This document shows, piece after piece, positions 16,734 to 25,782 of a stretch of 64,000 nucleotides of DNA (position 1 is its first letter; the number at the start of each line of letters is the position of its first letter). Origin of the DNA: a virus; the IMG/VR virus record IMGVR_UViG_3300044681_000098, positions 9,749 to 73,748 of that record; one strand, 5' to 3'. Under the pieces are notes generated by a model, which did not search any database, was not told the origin of the DNA, and worked only from the letters and a program-made list of their open reading frames with translations. Position numbers and translations under genes: made by a program.

Positions 16734-17002
16734 TGGAAAACAAGGGGAAACTAATGAGAGACATATCAGTAATCATAGCAGTTGTTCTTCTCGCTGCTAT
16801 CTTTTCAATCTCGTATGTTGAGTATAATAGAAGTATTTTGATGTCCACAAACATTCAGAATGCGATAGACAAAGGAATTGACCCACTTGCGGTTCGTTGT
16901 TCCTACTCAGCTAAAGAAGATGTGGTCTGCGCTTTGTATGCAGGCACTCAGAGGACGTCAGTAGACGCACCGAAGGTCGAACTTAAGACTACTAAGAGGT
17001 AA
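16733..17002 (+). CDS. single-TM hypothetical protein
   Basis: N-terminal hydrophobic helix, two Cys. Confidence 0.7.
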   Translation: MENKGKLMRDISVIIAVVLLAAIFSISYVEYNRSILMSTNIQNAIDKGIDPLAVRCSYSAKEDVVCALYAGTQRTSVDAPKVELKTTKR

Positions 17003-17053
17003 AACCACCTTCCGAGGCTGAAATTAAGGCTAAATTAAGGCTGCCCTGCCCCT

Positions 17054-17080
17054 AAAACCCCACTTTTTGTGGGGTTTTTT
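17054..17080 (+). terminator. intrinsic terminator
   Basis: AAAACCCCAC-TTTTT-GTGGGGTTTTTT. Confidence 0.8.
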
Positions 17081-17081
17081 G

Positions 17082-17172
17082 TAAGTTGTTGATTTTACAG
17101 GGGAAAAATCTTCAAAAAAAGTGAAAAAAAGTGAAAAAAGTGCTTGACTTTTATTCCGAGATGGGCTAAAAT
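17082..17172 (+). promoter_or_regulatory. early sigma70 promoter with phased A-tracts and an IHF-consensus site
   Basis: TTGACT(17144)-17 nt-TAAAAT(17167); three A6-7GTG repeats upstream; TAAGTTGTTGATT (17082-17094) matches YAANNNNTTGATW. Confidence 0.75.
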
Positions 17173-17202
17173 AGCTGTATCAAAGTCGAAAAGGAGCCAA
17201 AA

Positions 17203-17583
17203 ATGTCGGATTTTAGGTCTTGGGAGGAACTTTCCCTGCTAGAACAGATGCAGTGCCAGTTTTGGGATATGTATAAGGATGCCCACGGCATTCGCCCACG
17301 TGGTATCGACACTTCCAGCTGGACCGAGGAAGACTTCCGCACGGAATTTGAGTATCTTGGCAAAGTCATCGACGCTAACTTCGAGGAAGAGAAGCGTCAA
17401 CAGGCAGAAGCCATCGTTCGGTTCGAAGATCGTGTGGCGAACTTGATGCATGCCAACACAAATCGTGAGCGTGTCATCGCTTGGTTGATGGATGCTGAGG
17501 GTGCTGATGGCGATCCTGAGTATATGTGCTACCTGTGTGGTCTTCCGTATGGGTATTTCAACAAAGAATTGCAAAATGCTTGA
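17203..17583 (+). CDS. hypothetical early protein
   Basis: AAGGAG RBS, directly after the promoter. Confidence 0.8.
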   Translation: MSDFRSWEELSLLEQMQCQFWDMYKDAHGIRPRGIDTSSWTEEDFRTEFEYLGKVIDANFEEEKRQQAEAIVRFEDRVANLMHANTNRERVIAWLMDAEGADGDPEYMCYLCGLPYGYFNKELQNA

Positions 17584-17608
17584 CTTTTAATCAGACTTAT
17601 GGTATAAT
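17580..17608 (+). promoter_or_regulatory. sigma70-type promoter
   Basis: TTGACT-17 nt-TATAAT with extended -10 TG; shares TGCTTGACTTTTA with the 17144 promoter. Confidence 0.8.
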
Positions 17609-17614
17609 TGAATC

Positions 17615-17965
17615 ATGATGATACTTCACACATCGTTCAAAAAGACTAAACCTAAGAAAAAGCCAGGATGGCAACAAGCACAGGCTGAGCACGATGCTTG
17701 GCTGAAGAAGCATGGCGTTCATCCTGACCAAAAGAAGGCTAAGAAAGTCGCCAATGAGGTTTACGTACCACCGAAGACCACCTATCGCAGAGAGACCGAG
17801 AAGTATCCTAGCCTTCCCTTCTCTGGTGCGCCATGCACAAAACCTGCTGAGAAAGTTTATACTGGCACACTCATCAAAGGTATCGGAACTATGCACAAGT
17901 CAAATGCTGTTCCAATCTTCTCTGATGAGCAAGCTATTGACATCGCAACCATGAGGAGAAACTAA
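17615..17965 (+). CDS. basic hypothetical phage protein
   Basis: ORF with C-terminal GIGTMHKSNAVPIF, which I recall as conserved in large myophages. Confidence 0.75.
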   Translation: MMILHTSFKKTKPKKKPGWQQAQAEHDAWLKKHGVHPDQKKAKKVANEVYVPPKTTYRRETEKYPSLPFSGAPCTKPAEKVYTGTLIKGIGTMHKSNAVPIFSDEQAIDIATMRRN

Positions 17966-17966
17966 A

Positions 17967-18122
17967 GTGAAAATTGAAATTCGTGAGGCTAAAAATGGCT
18001 TCGTATTATTTGTGACAAATGAGGTTGATGGTGAGTTTATTGAAGAGGAACATGTCTTCACTAGATTCAGCCAAGTCGTGAAATACCTTCGTGAGAACTT
18101 TGCATCCAACAAAGGAGAATGA
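17967..18122 (+). CDS. 51-aa hypothetical protein (not in ORF track)
   Basis: GAGGAG RBS, GTG start; MKIEIREAKNGFVLFV... Confidence 0.6.
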   Translation: MKIEIREAKNGFVLFVTNEVDGEFIEEEHVFTRFSQVVKYLRENFASNKGE

Positions 18123-18400
18123 TGATGCGTCAAGCAATTGAATCCCAGACCCTGAACTTTGCAGTTATGCGTGACCTAGTCGGTCTCGAGAAGTTACTCA
18201 AGGATCTGACAATGCAGCGTAAGAAACTTGATGCTTGGTTCGACAAGTATCTCGACAAGTTTGATCGCCAAATGGATCCAGCTGACCCTAAGACTGCAGT
18301 ATGGGTATTATACAACAAGAAATTTTCCGAGTATGAGGAACTGAAGGGTTGTATCACTACAGTGACTTACTACCGAGACAAGGTTAAGAAGAATGTTTGA
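18119..18400 (+). CDS. hypothetical helical protein
   Basis: AAGGAG RBS, overlaps the next gene. Confidence 0.7.
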   Translation: MMMRQAIESQTLNFAVMRDLVGLEKLLKDLTMQRKKLDAWFDKYLDKFDRQMDPADPKTAVWVLYNKKFSEYEELKGCITTVTYYRDKVKKNV

Positions 18401-18611
18401 AGATTCGAACTCTTTCTCGACTTACATCGAGAAGAAGGTGCGTGAGGGTAAAGGTCTTACGCACCTTGATGCCGTCCTAACATATTGCAAGGAGAACTTC
18501 ATCGATCCTGAAGAAATGAAGAAACTCATAAATAAATCTCTAAGGGAAAAGATTGAACTCGACTTTCAAAATGAAGGATACCTTCCAAAGAATGCGACAC
18601 TAGACTTATGA
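18393..18611 (+). CDS. gp33: late transcription coactivator gp33-like
   Basis: FSTYIE...LDAVLTYCKEN.ID...KLINKSLREKIE pattern; sits before gp59 and gp32 as in T4. Confidence 0.8.
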   Translation: MFEDSNSFSTYIEKKVREGKGLTHLDAVLTYCKENFIDPEEMKKLINKSLREKIELDFQNEGYLPKNATLDL

Positions 18612-18612
18612 T

Positions 18613-19218
18613 ATGGATGGGTTCAAAGCGTATAAGTATTACATGGCAACTAAGTTGCATTTTACCACTGACAAGTTTGATGTTTTTACCAATAGGAATG
18701 TAAAGGGAACTCGTGATGCGTATAACAATCGAAACGATCGTTACTTATTTGAGAAACTTGCAAGAAAGTTTTCTTCAGACCATGATCTCATTCAGTATTA
18801 TGTGGCAAACATGGCTTACGGAAACATCGGCGTTATTTATAGTGATCTTGATGCAGAAGATAATCTACTCACTTGGGTAAAACGTAAACAGTCTATCACT
18901 AAAGTCTTTTCAGACGACTTATCAAAGATAGTATTTCATCTAGAGACGAATAAAAAGTCCCAGTCAGAACTATTCACTTTTGATCATGACAATTTCCCAG
19001 AATTACTCAAGATGTTTCTTGGAGACCATGTTACTTTGGAAACGATGGTCATCTTGGATCACTACACACAATACCTACCTGAATGGAAGAAGTTTACAAA
19101 CTTGCTTTGGGAGGAAGAATGTCGTAGAATAGTTAAATCAAAGGGATTCGTTAAGTTTGACGAATCAAGAACAACCTCAGTTTACCAACATTTTTTACAG
19201 GAACTTCAAGAGTTATAA
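18613..19218 (+). CDS. gp59: helicase loader gp59-like
   Basis: YKYYMATKLHF, RNDRYLFEKLARK and TLETMVILD; synteny. Confidence 0.82.
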   Translation: MDGFKAYKYYMATKLHFTTDKFDVFTNRNVKGTRDAYNNRNDRYLFEKLARKFSSDHDLIQYYVANMAYGNIGVIYSDLDAEDNLLTWVKRKQSITKVFSDDLSKIVFHLETNKKSQSELFTFDHDNFPELLKMFLGDHVTLETMVILDHYTQYLPEWKKFTNLLWEEECRRIVKSKGFVKFDESRTTSVYQHFLQELQEL

Positions 19219-19219
19219 A

Positions 19220-19411
19220 ATGGGACGAACATATAGGCGAGAGAAGAACGAATACGAAGATAACTTCTACTCGAAAAAAAGTAAGAACTCTGCCAAGAAG
19301 CAGAAAAAAGAATTTATTGCTCGTGGTATGAGAGCACTAAATAATGATACCGAGGATTCTTTTATTGAATCTGAGGTATACAAAAACCATACTAAACGTA
19401 ATATACATTAA
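19220..19411 (+). CDS. small basic hypothetical protein
   Basis: ATG 1 nt after the gp59 stop; MGRTYRR... Confidence 0.55.
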   Translation: MGRTYRREKNEYEDNFYSKKSKNSAKKQKKEFIARGMRALNNDTEDSFIESEVYKNHTKRNIH

Positions 19412-19434
19412 ACATACGACAAAGGAAAACATAC

Positions 19435-20367
19435 ATGGATATCACAGCCCTTCGCAAAATGCGCAATAACGACTTCTCTAAAATCACTGGTGAGTTTGAG
19501 AAGATCGCTAACCCTTCTACAGAAACTAAGTCTTACAAAGACGATCGTGTCTGGAAACTTGAGCCAGATAAAGCAGGTAACGCTACTGCAGTTATTCGCT
19601 TTCTTCCTCGCTCAGAGGGTGACGAACTCCCATGGGTTCGTATCTTTAACCACTCATTCCAAGGTCCAACTGGTAAGTGGTATATTGAAAACTCTCTAAC
19701 AACCCTCAACGAAAAAGATCCTGTCGGTGAACTGAATTCACGTTTGTGGAATTCTGGTTCGGAAGCCAACAAGGAAATTGCTCGTAAGCAAAAGCGTAAA
19801 CTTACCTACATTGCTAACGTGCTTATCGTTTCTGATCCTAAGCATCCAGAAAACGAAGGTAAGGTTATGTTGTTTAAGTTTGGTAAGAAAATCTTTGATA
19901 AGATTATGGACAAGGCTCGTCCTACTTTCGAAGATGAGAAACCAGTCAACGTATTTGACTTGTGGGAAGGTGCAGACTTCAAACTGCGTATGCGTAAAGT
20001 AGATGGTTATGCCAACTACGACCAATCTCAGTTTATGGAACCATCTGCTCTTTTTGATGGTGATGAGGAAAAACTACTTGAGGTAGTTAGCAAGCAATAC
20101 AAACTCTCAGAGTTTCTTGATGCTAAGAACTTCAAGTCTTTCGATGAACTTGCTAAGAAGCTAGCAGATGTGTTGGATGAAACTGCACCAACTCGTAAGG
20201 CTGCTGCGGAGATGGAAGATCAAGATGATTACACTCCACCTGCAAAGTTCAAAGCAGTTGAGTCAAAGCCAATTGCTTCGAAACCTGAACCTGCAATGGC
20301 ATCAGCATCGTCAGAAGATGATGAGGATATGATGTCATACTTCCAAAAGATTGCCAACGAAAAGTAA
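19435..20367 (+). CDS. gp32: single-stranded DNA-binding protein gp32
   Basis: DKAGNATAVIRFLP, GKWYIENS, FGKKIFDKI, GADFKL, NYDQSQF and acidic tail. Confidence 0.95.
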   Translation: MDITALRKMRNNDFSKITGEFEKIANPSTETKSYKDDRVWKLEPDKAGNATAVIRFLPRSEGDELPWVRIFNHSFQGPTGKWYIENSLTTLNEKDPVGELNSRLWNSGSEANKEIARKQKRKLTYIANVLIVSDPKHPENEGKVMLFKFGKKIFDKIMDKARPTFEDEKPVNVFDLWEGADFKLRMRKVDGYANYDQSQFMEPSALFDGDEEKLLEVVSKQYKLSEFLDAKNFKSFDELAKKLADVLDETAPTRKAAAEMEDQDDYTPPAKFKAVESKPIASKPEPAMASASSEDDEDMMSYFQKIANEK

Positions 20368-20387
20368 TCTTAGGATATACCAAAAAG

Positions 20388-20411
20388 AAAGGGAGCGAAA
20401 GCTCCCTTTTT
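20388..20411. terminator. bidirectional intrinsic terminator between convergent gp32 and the tape measure gene
   Basis: AAAGGGAGC-GAAA-GCTCCCTTTTT with an A-run on the left and a T-run on the right. Confidence 0.85.
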
Positions 20412-20415
20412 CATT

Positions 20416-22521
20416 TTAACCAACTGCCCTAGTTCGTAAGTAGTTGTTCATAGTTCCATCAGGATTTCTTGGACTTGCTGCAGGCGCATATGTGTTAGTC
20501 ACTTTGGTGTTGTTAGTGGTTGGCGCATTCACTACTGTTTGTTGTGATACTTGCGCTTGCCCACCTCTAGCAACATCCTTTGAAGCAGAGTCAACAGCAG
20601 CTGCCTTTTGAGGATACCCTTGTGCTTCAACTCCCCTAGATTTCTCTGAACGCAACCTCATCATTGCTGCTTTTCTGTCTTCACGATTTGGAACTTTTCT
20701 ACCAAACTTCTGCGCTTCTTCCATTGCGTATTTCGTTAGGACTCCTTTATCCTTCTCAACATCCACTGCTGACTTTGATAATATTGGACTCTCAGAAGGG
20801 GGAACTTTTTCAACTTGAGGTGATCCTGCAGGGGATGCTCTTGACGCCAATCGTTTAGTTTCTGCATCACTCTGGTTTGCTGGATCATATACTACAGATC
20901 TATTTGGGGCAGCAGCTGGTGCATTTGACCCTGCAGGGGGAACTGGTGCACCAGAAGTGTCACCACCTGAAGTTTGGACCTCAGCCTTTTGATCTGGTCT
21001 GAATGGATACCATGGTCCAATACCAATCTGTTTACCGAATGCTTCAAATCCAATTGCTGGAATTTCAAAATCTTTGAACCAACCAAGAACTGAGTCTGAA
21101 AGATTCTTAACGAAGTCTGTTAGTGGCTTAAAGAATTCAGCGATTGGGTTTAAGATGTATTCATCAACCAAATTAAACACCGTGTCGAATGCGCTCTTTA
21201 TCGGCTCCATAACATAGTCTTTGAATATGTCGCCCATAAAACTAAAGAAGTCAGCGATAGGTTCAATAATGTAGTCATTAACGAATCCGCTAACCCAATC
21301 AACTAATGCTTGAACCTGTTCTTTGCCAATCAAGCCAAAGGTTAAGAATTCCAAAATACCACCTAAGCCAGCAATCAATGCCTTGCCTATATCTCCGCTT
21401 TCGGAGAACTCTTTGAAACCAGCGAACAGACCACTAGCAAGTGAACCGATGATCGCAGCAATTGGTAATACTTTAGTGATGAACTTTAGAATGGTTGCTG
21501 GGTTCAATAAGAATCTAGCTGCGCTAATTAGTCCACGACCAATAACTGAACCAAGACTCATCAAACCACTAACAACGAACTTACCAATACCCATAATTCC
21601 ACGACCGATTGACATTACCATCCTGCCAACCCAACCGAGTGCTCTCTTGGTTAGGAAGTCAGATATCTTATCTAACAACCCACCCTTTTCTTCCTTCTCT
21701 TCTTCTTTCTTTCCACCAGCTGGTCTGGTGTTTTCTTCAATCTTTGCCAATAGTGCAGTTTGCTCATCCATCTTTCTAGCATTCTCTACTTCTTCTTCGC
21801 TAGTAGTGATTGAGTCTGCTAATTCTTCTGATCGTTTAGCTTCAAATACCTTCTTGCCTGCATCACCTTTGGAATCTTTACCACCAGTTATAATGTTTCT
21901 GAATCTAGGATCAACTTTAGCTAAACCTGCTTCTAGTTCTGCTTTCTTTTTCATCTCAGGGCTGCGCTTGATCTGATCGTCAGTCAGCCCCATTGCTCTC
22001 ATTCTTTCAATTTCTTTTTCATTCTTTTGGATCTTGATAATCTCTTTGTTAGACTTCTCAAATCTCTCTTTGAATACTTCTTTAGCCTTGTCCTTACCCA
22101 ACAGGTTAACTGATGGGTCAGTTTTCATCATCGTCTTAACATAATCTTGTTTAGCTTCTCTCTTCTCGAGAGTCTTGTCTATAATTCCACCTTTGCCACG
22201 TTCAACTATGCCAGTCTTATCAAGAAACCCTCTAAGAGTGAAGAAGTCTTTGAATGCATCAATCTTTTCTCCAATGGCACCTCTGCCACCAACAAATCCC
22301 TGCATAGCCTTTGCTTTATCTGAGATACCACCAAGCTGATTGCTCTTCTTGATTGTTTCTGCCAGCTTTACGATGTTCATGTTCAACATCTGCTGGGTCG
22401 TCAGCGTCTTTTGGGATAACTCGTTTGACTTTTTAACCTGTTCGTCAACCTTTTTGGATGTGTCATCACCCTCTGTCTTTTGACGATAATCAGCAAGTCT
22501 TATGATAGCAGCTTTAGCCAT
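20416..22521 (-). CDS. tape measure protein (gp29-like)
   Basis: long helical protein with central hydrophobic segments and aromatic-periodic repeats; C-terminal VVNAPTTNNT; follows gp26/gp51. Confidence 0.7.
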   Translation of the reverse strand: MAKAAIIRLADYRQKTEGDDTSKKVDEQVKKSNELSQKTLTTQQMLNMNIVKLAETIKKSNQLGGISDKAKAMQGFVGGRGAIGEKIDAFKDFFTLRGFLDKTGIVERGKGGIIDKTLEKREAKQDYVKTMMKTDPSVNLLGKDKAKEVFKERFEKSNKEIIKIQKNEKEIERMRAMGLTDDQIKRSPEMKKKAELEAGLAKVDPRFRNIITGGKDSKGDAGKKVFEAKRSEELADSITTSEEEVENARKMDEQTALLAKIEENTRPAGGKKEEEKEEKGGLLDKISDFLTKRALGWVGRMVMSIGRGIMGIGKFVVSGLMSLGSVIGRGLISAARFLLNPATILKFITKVLPIAAIIGSLASGLFAGFKEFSESGDIGKALIAGLGGILEFLTFGLIGKEQVQALVDWVSGFVNDYIIEPIADFFSFMGDIFKDYVMEPIKSAFDTVFNLVDEYILNPIAEFFKPLTDFVKNLSDSVLGWFKDFEIPAIGFEAFGKQIGIGPWYPFRPDQKAEVQTSGGDTSGAPVPPAGSNAPAAAPNRSVVYDPANQSDAETKRLASRASPAGSPQVEKVPPSESPILSKSAVDVEKDKGVLTKYAMEEAQKFGRKVPNREDRKAAMMRLRSEKSRGVEAQGYPQKAAAVDSASKDVARGGQAQVSQQTVVNAPTTNNTKVTNTYAPAASPRNPDGTMNNYLRTRAVG

Positions 22522-22708
22522 TTCTTTGTGCCTGTTGTCTAAGTTTTTCTTCTTCTAAAAATTGTAATAATAAAGACACATATACTTCACGCTCAAATGG
22601 AACCATATCTTCTAGTTCTGATAAACTATATTTATGATATTGCATTAAGGCGAAGTTCATTTTGTAGTAGTTGTGGAGCGATTCGTGGCAAAGGTTTATT
22701 AAAAAAAA
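22514..22708 (-). CDS. gp51: gp51-like frame, probably reached by a -1 shift from gp26 (alternative ATG at 22660)
   Basis: LINLCHESLHNYYKMNFALMQYHKYSLSELEDMVPFEREVYVSLL, resembling T4-like gp51; not in ORF track. Confidence 0.75.
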   Translation of the reverse strand, partial: FFLINLCHESLHNYYKMNFALMQYHKYSLSELEDMVPFEREVYVSLLLQFLEEEKLRQQAQRNG

Positions 22709-23412
22709 CTGTCTAGCCCTTGGACTCTTACTTTATTTTCCTTGGCGCAGACTGGGCATTTGAAGTCCATAGTCTTTTCTAGTCTAGGCATGGTCTCAAA
22801 GAATCCCTGAACCTTTCTAAACTGATCTTGTGTCAAGTTTTCTAAGAACTCCATCAATTCCTCTTTTGTGTATTCATCAGTATGATGGACTTCTTCACCA
22901 GCGTAGATTTTATCAATGCTCTTTGCTACGATGCTGAACACTGCCTCAGCGTCTTCTTCTGAGATAGATTGAAGATCTGATAGCAGTTCAATCGAAGGGT
23001 AGCGCATAATCACACCAACATCTTCAAATAGCCTGATGTTGTTTGTATGCCCTTCTGGCTTTTCTACCTGCAGCTTTGTTAAATCAATAGATACCTGCAC
23101 CTTTGCCTTCTCATCCTCACAGGTATCACACTTGAGGATAAGATCCACGTTTTCTCCAACCGACTTCGCTCTTAATTGAGTAAATAGAAACTCAATATCG
23201 AACAAAGCCAGTTTATTTACATCGTAGTCACCCACGACGCAAGATTGAATGACACCTTTTAGTGTATCAACCATAACTTGTTGGTCGTCGCTTTGCTGCG
23301 CTACCAGTAATGCTTTTTCTTCTTTGACCAAGAATGGTCTAAACTTAACAACTGTGTCGGTCGACGGAATCTTGGTTGTATACGTAACAGTCTTTTGAAT
23401 TGGTAAACCCAT
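22699..23412 (-). CDS. gp26: baseplate hub/tail assembly protein gp26
   Basis: FRPFLVKEEKALL, FDIEFLFTQLRAKSVGE, FFETMP, two CxxC and terminal GLDSFF. Confidence 0.9.
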   Translation of the reverse strand: MGLPIQKTVTYTTKIPSTDTVVKFRPFLVKEEKALLVAQQSDDQQVMVDTLKGVIQSCVVGDYDVNKLALFDIEFLFTQLRAKSVGENVDLILKCDTCEDEKAKVQVSIDLTKLQVEKPEGHTNNIRLFEDVGVIMRYPSIELLSDLQSISEEDAEAVFSIVAKSIDKIYAGEEVHHTDEYTKEELMEFLENLTQDQFRKVQGFFETMPRLEKTMDFKCPVCAKENKVRVQGLDSFF

Positions 23413-23416
23413 AGTA

Positions 23417-23833
23417 TTATTCTCCTCTTTGCAAATTCTTAATAACTTTATTCAAGTCAGATGTAGTCCCAACAAATAGATTGTTGTTGACTGTTTTTGG
23501 TGAAGACCCTTCGTCCTTCGTTGCCTCCAATTTTTGTTTCTGTTGGTGTAGATCTAAAAGTTGTTGATTGATGTCAGCTAACTGTTTCATCAAATTACCA
23601 ACAACCTCAAATGCTCTAGGGTGCTCACTTTGTTGCGCAACTGCTAGTGCTGATTGAAGAGCAGCTTGACCATCTAGTATCAGTTGCCTTAAATTATTCC
23701 TACCGACATCAAAGTCGTCTTGAATAATCGAACCACTACCTTCGATGATCTCTCCATCGATAGTAACTATCTCAGTTTTTGTTTTTTGTGGAATCTCTTC
23801 AACTCCGAATGTTTTAGACAGTGAATCACTCAT
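23417..23833 (-). CDS. gp16: terminase small subunit gp16-like
   Basis: SEHPRAFEVVGNLMK and NNNLFVGTTSDL motifs. Confidence 0.85.
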   Translation of the reverse strand: MSDSLSKTFGVEEIPQKTKTEIVTIDGEIIEGSGSIIQDDFDVGRNNLRQLILDGQAALQSALAVAQQSEHPRAFEVVGNLMKQLADINQQLLDLHQQKQKLEATKDEGSSPKTVNNNLFVGTTSDLNKVIKNLQRGE

Positions 23834-23849
23834 AATATTTCATTCCTTA

Positions 23850-24683
23850 TTAACCGAATAATCCTTTAGTCAAACCAGCCAACCCTGATCCACCACCACC
23901 GAGGAATGTCCCAACAGGATCGCTCTGGAATGAGTTGAATGTGTTTTGGAATTGACTAAATGAACTTAAAAATTCTGATGGTGCACCAAACAAACTTGAC
24001 TCCGTGAAGTAGTTTTGTAGGACGTTGCCGAAGTCGAATGCATTACCAAGATCTAGAGCACCGAATGCATCATCTATACCTAGTTCTTCTGCTAACTGAC
24101 CAGCAGCACCCTTCCCTCCTACGTTGGAGCGTTGAGCATTAGCATCAACACCAGCAAGTGGTTCTCTTCTCCAATATTTGTATTGAAGCGTGACTGTTAG
24201 TTTAGCGATATCTTTTGAGTTGTTGTCTAGGTTAATTGGAGCAACAACTTTAGGGTATGCTTGAAAGAGTTTGATAGCAAACGCAGCATCTTCCTCTTTA
24301 TTGTAAACGTAGACAGTTACGTCTTGGGTGTAATCGTTATAATAGTTTTGGTATCTTGCGGTGTCATTGAAAATAGATGATTGCCAAGTGTCGAAGTATT
24401 CTTTAACCTGATAATTCTTATCAACATACAACACAAGGTTCATTGGTTCGTATGCTACCTCATACGGAGTTTCTCTAACCTCTCCGTATGTTCTAGCAGG
24501 GGTTGTTAGAATGTTCTTTCCAGGGATTGATGCGCTTTCGCAGAACAAACCAACACGTCTTGCAATACTACCAGCAATTGGGTTGACTGATCCGATGGAA
24601 ACGAAAAATCTATTCGTTACTGCCATCCCACCTTTTATTTCAGAGATGAAATCTGATAATCCTACTTTGACTGCTTCTGTCAT
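23850..24683 (-). CDS. tail tube initiator gp54-like (tube-fold protein)
   Basis: NRFFV, CESASIPG, FDTWQ, AYPK and LTVTLQYKYW. Confidence 0.7.
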   Translation of the reverse strand: MTEAVKVGLSDFISEIKGGMAVTNRFFVSIGSVNPIAGSIARRVGLFCESASIPGKNILTTPARTYGEVRETPYEVAYEPMNLVLYVDKNYQVKEYFDTWQSSIFNDTARYQNYYNDYTQDVTVYVYNKEEDAAFAIKLFQAYPKVVAPINLDNNSKDIAKLTVTLQYKYWRREPLAGVDANAQRSNVGGKGAAGQLAEELGIDDAFGALDLGNAFDFGNVLQNYFTESSLFGAPSEFLSSFSQFQNTFNSFQSDPVGTFLGGGGSGLAGLTKGLFG

Positions 24684-25276
24684 CTGGATGCTTTCCTAGA
24701 GTCTGCCCAGACCTTGGAAGTGCTTGCTTTCTGGAATTGCTCAACAGGAAGCATCATTGCCGTAGTCCAGTCGTTTACGTCAATCCTTCTGAATGAGGAT
24801 TGCACATTTGAACTTAGATATTCTTTAACGCAAGGTTTCGCTAACTTCAGTCTAGAAGTGGCTTCAATAATAGCCCATGATAATCTCAATCTTGTAGTTT
24901 GATCCATTTTTTGATTGGTCATGTAACTCATAAGTCTGTCTAGCAACAACACTCTTAGCGGATATGGTAAGTAGTGAAGATTTAATCCTAGAAAGCCATT
25001 TGGAGTTTTTCTAAACGGAAACACCAGTGGGAAGGCATCCCAATATGGTAGTTCGTCTTTCCACTTTGCGTCATAAATGAACATATAGAGGTGTCCAGGG
25101 GTTATCCTCTGCTTCACCTCTTGTGGGTTTCTGGTCAACAGTTGTTTTGGTGTTACTCGTTCTTTTCTTAGTAGCAGAATCTGTTGGGTGAACCAAGACC
25201 TCGACTTAGACCAAGCTGATCTGTCGTACTTATACTTGTCGAAGATTTCTCTAACTGTTTTGGTTTTTTCTTTCAT
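24680..25276 (-). CDS. gp2: DNA end protector gp2
   Basis: MFIYDAKWKDELPYWDAFPLVF, GLNLHYLP and LPVEQFQK...VWADS. Confidence 0.9.
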   Translation of the reverse strand: MKEKTKTVREIFDKYKYDRSAWSKSRSWFTQQILLLRKERVTPKQLLTRNPQEVKQRITPGHLYMFIYDAKWKDELPYWDAFPLVFPFRKTPNGFLGLNLHYLPYPLRVLLLDRLMSYMTNQKMDQTTRLRLSWAIIEATSRLKLAKPCVKEYLSSNVQSSFRRIDVNDWTTAMMLPVEQFQKASTSKVWADSRKASR

Positions 25277-25284
25277 GAGTATAT

Positions 25285-25725
25285 TTAGCCTTTCAAACCT
25301 AACTCATTTTCAGTCACTATCATAAATTTGTAGTTACGGTCAAGTGCCCATTTTCTTGCAGCCTCCCACTTGGCTTGGTTGACTAAGAAGGTGTAACTTT
25401 CCTTTAGGTATCTTTTTGTCTGCTTTCCTGGGTAATCAGGTGGTATTGTCTGCTTAGATGGTTTAATCTCAACTAAATATGTTTGGATTAGTCCATTTTT
25501 GTCTTTCACAGTGATTTTGAAGTCCACGAAGTATCGGTGTATGGTGTTTCTAACTGGGCATCTGTATGGAATTACGGTTTCTTCAGAAGACCACTTTACT
25601 ACGCTTGGATTGTGGTCACACCATATAGCAAACTGGGTCTCCCAACTTGAACGCATTATGATGTTCGTTGGGTCGCCTTTGTACTTGTGTGGGTTTATAG
25701 GAACATATCGTCTTTTGTGGAACAT
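25285..25725 (-). CDS. gp4: head completion nuclease gp4
   Basis: NPHKYKGD, RSSWE, WSSEE, HRYFVDF, EIKP and NQAKWEAA. Confidence 0.92.
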   Translation of the reverse strand: MFHKRRYVPINPHKYKGDPTNIIMRSSWETQFAIWCDHNPSVVKWSSEETVIPYRCPVRNTIHRYFVDFKITVKDKNGLIQTYLVEIKPSKQTIPPDYPGKQTKRYLKESYTFLVNQAKWEAARKWALDRNYKFMIVTENELGLKG

Positions 25726-25766
25726 AAATAATTCTGTTGAATATGGACAGTCTTCAACTATTTATA
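25724..25766. promoter_or_regulatory. pair of opposed late promoters driving the two divergent structural blocks
   Basis: ATAAATA on + (25724-25730) and TATAAATA on - (25759-25766). Confidence 0.7.
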
Positions 25767-25782
25767 GAGAGAAACATAACAA

